In this document: one piece after another, positions 59,434 through 64,000 of the stretch
How the letters are laid out: every line of letters begins with the position of its first letter
How positions within the stretch are numbered: the first letter of the stretch is position 1
Origin: Gemmatimonadaceae bacterium
Lineage (GTDB): Bacteria; Gemmatimonadota; Gemmatimonadetes; Gemmatimonadales; Gemmatimonadaceae
Reading direction: 5' to 3'
NCBI GenBank assembly: GCA_045803545.1
Contig: JBJMOW010000005.1
Span: forward strand, 768,001-832,000
Length of the DNA: 64,000 nt
The notes under the pieces: generated by a model
What the model was told of the DNA's origin: nothing
The model's input: only the letters and a program-made list of their open reading frames with translations
Database searches by the model: none
Position numbers and translations under genes: made by a program

Positions 59434-60077
59434 TGTCTGAACCGGGTGAGCGCTCCGAGAAGGAGGCGCTGATCATCCGGAACCTCGAGTTCCTCGGCGG
59501 GATGTCGGAAAGAGGTGGCTGGCGCCCGCCGTCGGATCTTCCGGAGATCGCATTCGCGGGCCGTTCGAACGTCGGAAAATCATCGCTGCTCAACACGCTG
59601 GTGCGTCGCAAATCATTCGCTCGCGTGAGTCGCACGCCTGGTCGAACCCGAGAGATCAACTTTTTTCGGGTCAACAACGGATTCCTGCTGGTTGATCTGC
59701 CCGGTTATGGGTATGCCCGCATCTCGAAAGAAAAGAAATCCGAGTGGAGACCATTGATCGCAGCGTACCTGAAGCGAACCAGTCAGCTTCGGGGTATTGT
59801 TCTGCTGCTGGACATTCGCCGTGAGCCGACCGATGATGATCGGGCGATGCTCGACTTTCTGGCAGAGGTGGAGGTGCCAACGATCGTGGCGTTGACAAAG
59901 ACCGACAAGTTGAGCAAAGCCGCGGCAGACGCGCGGGCAGCCGAGATTTCACAAGCGCTGGCTCTCGACGCCGATCAGGTGATTCCATTCAGCGCGGTGA
60001 CAGGAGCGGGCCGCGTCGAGCTCCTCGAAGCAATTGTGCAGCTCGTAGAGTCTCCGGGGAGCGTGAACAGTGATTGA
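59433..60077 (+). CDS. engB: Ribosome biogenesis GTPase EngB/YihA
   Basis: GRSNVGKSS, PGRT, DLPGYG, TKTDK. Confidence 0.95.
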   Translation: MSEPGERSEKEALIIRNLEFLGGMSERGGWRPPSDLPEIAFAGRSNVGKSSLLNTLVRRKSFARVSRTPGRTREINFFRVNNGFLLVDLPGYGYARISKEKKSEWRPLIAAYLKRTSQLRGIVLLLDIRREPTDDDRAMLDFLAEVEVPTIVALTKTDKLSKAAADARAAEISQALALDADQVIPFSAVTGAGRVELLEAIVQLVESPGSVNSD

Positions 60078-60726
60078 GCGATGGCGTTTAGCCCTGGGTC
60101 TCTTACTCGGGTGTGCCATTGCTGCATGCGCCGGCGGCACGCAGTCCGCGGCCGGGCAATCGCAGACACTGACGCCAATAACCGACGACACCACTGGGAG
60201 AGCCAGTGTCCCAGTTGGCTACGGCACGCTGCGTCAGGACGATATCGCGATTCGCATGGAGCTGCCGGGACTCATCGTCCGAGCCATTCCACTTGAAGAG
60301 AATCTCATTCGGCTGCTGACTCCCGATTCATATCGCGCGCTGCGCGAGCTTCAGGAGAGCAACAAGCAGTCGATTGCGGCGGTGACGCGTCGAACTGGCG
60401 GCAGGTCGCCCGATTTGTGGTATGTGTCCTTTTATGGTGTGCAACCGGACGTGCATTTCAGTCCGATGGAGCTGGTCATCACGAGCAGCGGGCGCGACTT
60501 CCGACCGCTCGAAGTGATTCCGCTCAGCTCCGGTTTCGGCGAGCAGAGATTGAAACAGCGCGAGGCGCAGAGCGCGATTTATTTGTTCGACGAGGCGATC
60601 GATCTCGATCAGCCGCTCAGCGTAGTGTTTCAGAACATTCGCGACGACAGCTGGGAACAGATACTTACTCGTGTCGAGCGCGAACGCGCACTAGTGCGTG
60701 CCCGCGCATCGCACCCGAGTCAATAG
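60070..60726 (+). CDS. Hypothetical lipoprotein
   Basis: Lipobox IAAC; overlaps the engB stop. Confidence 0.7.
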   Translation: MIERWRLALGLLLGCAIAACAGGTQSAAGQSQTLTPITDDTTGRASVPVGYGTLRQDDIAIRMELPGLIVRAIPLEENLIRLLTPDSYRALRELQESNKQSIAAVTRRTGGRSPDLWYVSFYGVQPDVHFSPMELVITSSGRDFRPLEVIPLSSGFGEQRLKQREAQSAIYLFDEAIDLDQPLSVVFQNIRDDSWEQILTRVERERALVRARASHPSQ

Positions 60727-60762
60727 CTGGTTTTTCGCCGCCGCGACACCCAACTTTCCGTC

Positions 60763-61590
60763 ATGGCGATCTACCCTCTACGCAAACTTCCGGCGCTTCC
60801 CTGCTCCGGGCTGGCGAATGAGTGGCTGGACAAGATCGACGCCGAGCTCACGGCAGGAGCGGATCGCGCGCTATTGTGCAGACAGACACTCTGCGAGATC
60901 AGTTATCCGGAGTTTGTCGGTAACTGGGAAACCGCGGTCGAAGACAAGAAGCTTTCGACTGCCACGCGACTCGCGCTGACGGCGCTCGACCCGCGCAACG
61001 TCACTCTCGAGCCCGAATATTACGCTGAGGTCGACGACGCGAAGTTTGCGAAGGTGAAGCCGCTGCTGTGGCTCTGGTACTCGTTCGATCGCACAGTACT
61101 GGGCGGCCAGAACGTCGAGCTTGGAGTGCGCCTGAGACGCGTTCTCGCCCCGCACATCTTCAAAAAGTGCGGCGAGAATTTCAAGGCGTTTCAGTTCGTC
61201 GAGTTTTCCTTCGGTTACAACCTGGAGGTCGGCGACAATGTGGTCGTGCACCGGTACGTGCTGCTCGACGATCGTGGCGGAATCAGGCTGGGCAACAGCG
61301 TCTCGATCAGTGATTTCGCGAACGTCTATAGTCACACCCACAGCATTGTCGATCAGCGCGACGTCACCGACGCGCAGACCCTGATCGACGACGGAGTGCG
61401 GATCACCTATCACGCGACGGTGTTGGCTGGCGTTCATGTCCACGAGCAGGCGATGGTGGGTGCGATGGCGGTAGCAACGAAAGACGTGCGACCCTATCAC
61501 GTGTACGTCGGCATTCCCGCCAAGAGTGTGCGGATCAAGCCGAACGCACCACCGGGGCTCGATCCCGTTACTACGGTCAAGCCCAGATAA
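60763..61590 (+). CDS. Hexapeptide-repeat acyltransferase
   Basis: Left-handed beta-helix repeats (LEVGDNVVVH, IRLGNSVSIS, IDDGVRI), VGAMAVATKDV, VGIPAK. Confidence 0.85.
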   Translation: MAIYPLRKLPALPCSGLANEWLDKIDAELTAGADRALLCRQTLCEISYPEFVGNWETAVEDKKLSTATRLALTALDPRNVTLEPEYYAEVDDAKFAKVKPLLWLWYSFDRTVLGGQNVELGVRLRRVLAPHIFKKCGENFKAFQFVEFSFGYNLEVGDNVVVHRYVLLDDRGGIRLGNSVSISDFANVYSHTHSIVDQRDVTDAQTLIDDGVRITYHATVLAGVHVHEQAMVGAMAVATKDVRPYHVYVGIPAKSVRIKPNAPPGLDPVTTVKPR

Positions 61591-61619
61591 GGAATCGGGC
61601 TGCCGAAAGCTCGCTGACG

Positions 61620-63758
61620 CTATTTAATCCGAAGGACGTCCTCGGCCGGTCCCGCATCGCCCGTCTTGAGCAAATGGTGGGCATCGCGAAGTGCGTGGGC
61701 TTCTCGCGGCCAGGTGAAGCGCTCGCAGGCGCGCTCGAGAGTCAGCCACTCGAAACGTTGATGCTCGTCGCTGAGCTCGACGTCTGCATCAGCAGCGACG
61801 AAGGCGGCGAAGGTAAGACACATCTGAATGGTGTTCGAAGCGTGCAGGTAGAAGCTGCTGACGGTAACGTTGTACAATGACTCGGCTTTGAGCCCGGTTT
61901 CTTCTTTGAGCTCGCGGACTACAGCTTTTTCCGGCTTCTCACGGGCGTCGACTTTTCCGTAGACGGTTTCCCAGGAATTCGGTCGCTTGCCATCGGCGGC
62001 CCGCTGCAGTACAAGCACCCGCCAGTCGCCACCGTTGTGCTTGATCACGAACAGCTCGACGACGCCCGGTTTGATCTTGGTCATTCCTTCCTCACGACTG
62101 CGCTCGTAAACCATCCCTCCAGGCGAATTATATGATGCCGATGGCGTCGAAGGCGTCGAGCGTGATGTCTCGGGTTCGATCACACGTACCAGCTCTTCAG
62201 CACTGGTGTTGCCGGCAAGGAGCTGAGCGCAGCCACATACCCATAGCGAACGGGTACCCGATTGGCGCGCGGCTGAGAGCAGTCGCTCCGGCGGCTCATT
62301 GCCTGCGATCGCGCGCTCGATTTCGGGTGTAGTGACCAGCACTTCGGTCACGGCAACTCGTCCCGCATATCCCGTCATCGAGCATTCGGCGCAACCAATT
62401 GGAATGTAGATCATTGACGTTTGCGGAATCGCGCCGAGCAGGCGACGGGGTACGCCGGCATTTGCCACCAGCTTGCACGCAGGACAGAGCCGACGAATGA
62501 GACGTTGCGCGACGACACCCTTGAGCGCTCCGGCGAGCTTGACCGAATCGACCCCGAGGTCGGTGAGGCGAATGATCGAGCTGCAGGCATCGTTGGTGTG
62601 AAGGGTCGCGAAGACGAGGTGACCGGTGAGCGACGCCTGAATTGCGATGGCTGCGGTCTCACGATCGCGAATCTCGCCGATGAGGACCACGTCGGGATCC
62701 TGTCTCAACACGGATCGCAGCGCCGACGCGAAGGTAAGGCCCGCTTTCTCGTGGATCTGCACCTGAACGATACCGGGAATCCGGTACTCGACCGGATCTT
62801 CAACGGTGATAATGTTGACGCCGCGGTGCAGCAGCAGCCGCAGCGCAGCATAGAGCGTCGTCGTTTTGCCAGAGCCGGTCGGCCCCGTCACGAGGATCAG
62901 TCCCTCGCGGACATCCAGCAGCTTCTGCATGCGCGGGCCGTCGACCGGATCGAGACCGAGCGATTCGACCGAGCGGACCGCGGCGCGGGAATCCAGAATA
63001 CGGATCACGACTTTCTCGCCGTGTGACGCCGGCAGTGTGGAGACCCGTAGGTCGACCCGTGCGCCATTGATCGAGACCCGCGCGCGTCCTCCCTGTGGCC
63101 TCAGCCGGTCGGCGATGTCCATTCCCGACATGATCTTGATTCGCGAAACCAATGGAATGCCGACTGCCTTCGGCAAAACCATCACTTCCTTGAGCATCCC
63201 GTCGATGCGATATCGTACCGCGATTCCATGCTCGCCCGCCTCGAGATGGATGTCGCTTGCCCCGGCGGCAATGCCCTCCGCAACGATGTGATCGACCAGC
63301 TTGATGACGGGCCGCTCGGCCTGCTGGTCGTCGAGCGACGGGTCGGCTGCCAGCTCCGCCTTTTCGGTGACTGGCTGTGGCCCTTCCGTCGACGTCTTGT
63401 CGACAAGCTTGCCGATCGGATCGAGTGGCGCGTACACCTCTTCGATTCTATCGGCGATGCGCTGCGGCGCTGAAAGGAGCATGCGGATTTTCCTGCCGGT
63501 CGCAAATGCCAGAGTCTTCTCGCAGTCAATGTCGAAGGGGTTCGACGTTGCGACATCGAGGACGGAATCTGAGATGGCGAGCGGAAGAATCGCGAAGCGT
63601 CGGGCGAAGCGCTCGGGAACGCTGTCACGTGCCTCGGCGCTCACAACGAGACTGTGCGCGATCGTCGTTTCGCTCTGAGCGGCGAGGACCTCGAGGATTT
63701 GTTCTTCAGATCCAAGTCCGGACTTGGAAACGTCATCCCAGGTCAGCAGTGCGGTCAT
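61620..63758 (-). CDS. GspE/PilB-family secretion ATPase fused in frame to a C-terminal Nudix hydrolase
   Basis: ASDIHLE, GPTGSGKTTT, TVEDPVE, LRQDPD, TGHLV..TLH, CxxC pairs; Nudix box GKVDAREKPEKAVVRELKEETGL. Confidence 0.88.
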   Translation of the reverse strand: MTALLTWDDVSKSGLGSEEQILEVLAAQSETTIAHSLVVSAEARDSVPERFARRFAILPLAISDSVLDVATSNPFDIDCEKTLAFATGRKIRMLLSAPQRIADRIEEVYAPLDPIGKLVDKTSTEGPQPVTEKAELAADPSLDDQQAERPVIKLVDHIVAEGIAAGASDIHLEAGEHGIAVRYRIDGMLKEVMVLPKAVGIPLVSRIKIMSGMDIADRLRPQGGRARVSINGARVDLRVSTLPASHGEKVVIRILDSRAAVRSVESLGLDPVDGPRMQKLLDVREGLILVTGPTGSGKTTTLYAALRLLLHRGVNIITVEDPVEYRIPGIVQVQIHEKAGLTFASALRSVLRQDPDVVLIGEIRDRETAAIAIQASLTGHLVFATLHTNDACSSIIRLTDLGVDSVKLAGALKGVVAQRLIRRLCPACKLVANAGVPRRLLGAIPQTSMIYIPIGCAECSMTGYAGRVAVTEVLVTTPEIERAIAGNEPPERLLSAARQSGTRSLWVCGCAQLLAGNTSAEELVRVIEPETSRSTPSTPSASYNSPGGMVYERSREEGMTKIKPGVVELFVIKHNGGDWRVLVLQRAADGKRPNSWETVYGKVDAREKPEKAVVRELKEETGLKAESLYNVTVSSFYLHASNTIQMCLTFAAFVAADADVELSDEHQRFEWLTLERACERFTWPREAHALRDAHHLLKTGDAGPAEDVLRIK

Positions 63759-63861
63759 CGGGTCAACCTAAGAAAACCAACGCAGCTGACCATACACGAA
63801 TCATCGACGGTGACATCGTCGGCGCGCGGTGACTCGGACCAGCGAGACCTCGTCAACTGAT

Positions 63862-64000
63862 ATGCGTCTATACCTCCTAACCGTTCTCGCCCTCGTCGCC
63901 GCTCAGACAGCGGCTGGTCAGCAAACTTGCCGTTCGCTCCCCGCCGCGCGCGGTGCAATCGACCGTGGCTGGACAGCGTACCGTGCTAACGACATGACCG
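63862..64000 (+). CDS. Start of a secreted protein, truncated by the window edge
   Basis: MRLYLLTVLALVAAQTAAGQQ... signal-peptide-like, open to the end of the window. Confidence 0.55.
   Translation, partial: MRLYLLTVLALVAAQTAAGQQTCRSLPAARGAIDRGWTAYRANDMT

Noticed and set aside
1..64000. CRISPR arrays, transposases, prophage genes
   Set aside because: No regularly spaced repeats or such proteins seen; repeated DNA is explained by paralogous genes (pstS, pstB, lon, TPR/HD-GYP)

Overview
GC-rich bacterial chromosomal window; Gemmatimonadota-like gene content and order is my inference, not a database result. Most of it is housekeeping: an ECF sigma/ZAS anti-sigma/DUF4097 operon, purKE, ffh-rpsP-rimM-trmD-rplS-rnhB, two Lon proteases, and a nucleotide-salvage operon divergent from a large Pho cluster (phoBR, two pstS, porin, pstCAB1B2, phoU, pit). 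It also carries dnaK, degP, tRNA-Leu(TAG) and tig-clpP-clpX-lon-engB. The exception is an ~10.8 kb minus-strand locus (40107-50881) that looks like an undescribed peptide-signalling circuit. It encodes two lipoproteins consisting of a ZU5-like domain ending in the identical tail HF/SRYMLASG-stop (an HFS autoproteolysis motif that would free an 8-residue peptide). It also encodes two tiny lipoproteins carrying the related core (S/G)RYILISG plus CxExC, two TPR-only proteins, two TPR-HD-GYP phosphodiesterases, a sigma54 activator lacking a sensory domain, and an orphan peptide-binding ABC lipoprotein. Each transcription unit that begins with a peptide-motif gene has a sigma54 -24/-12 promoter with the same upstream architecture. 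No CRISPR array, transposase or integrase was seen.
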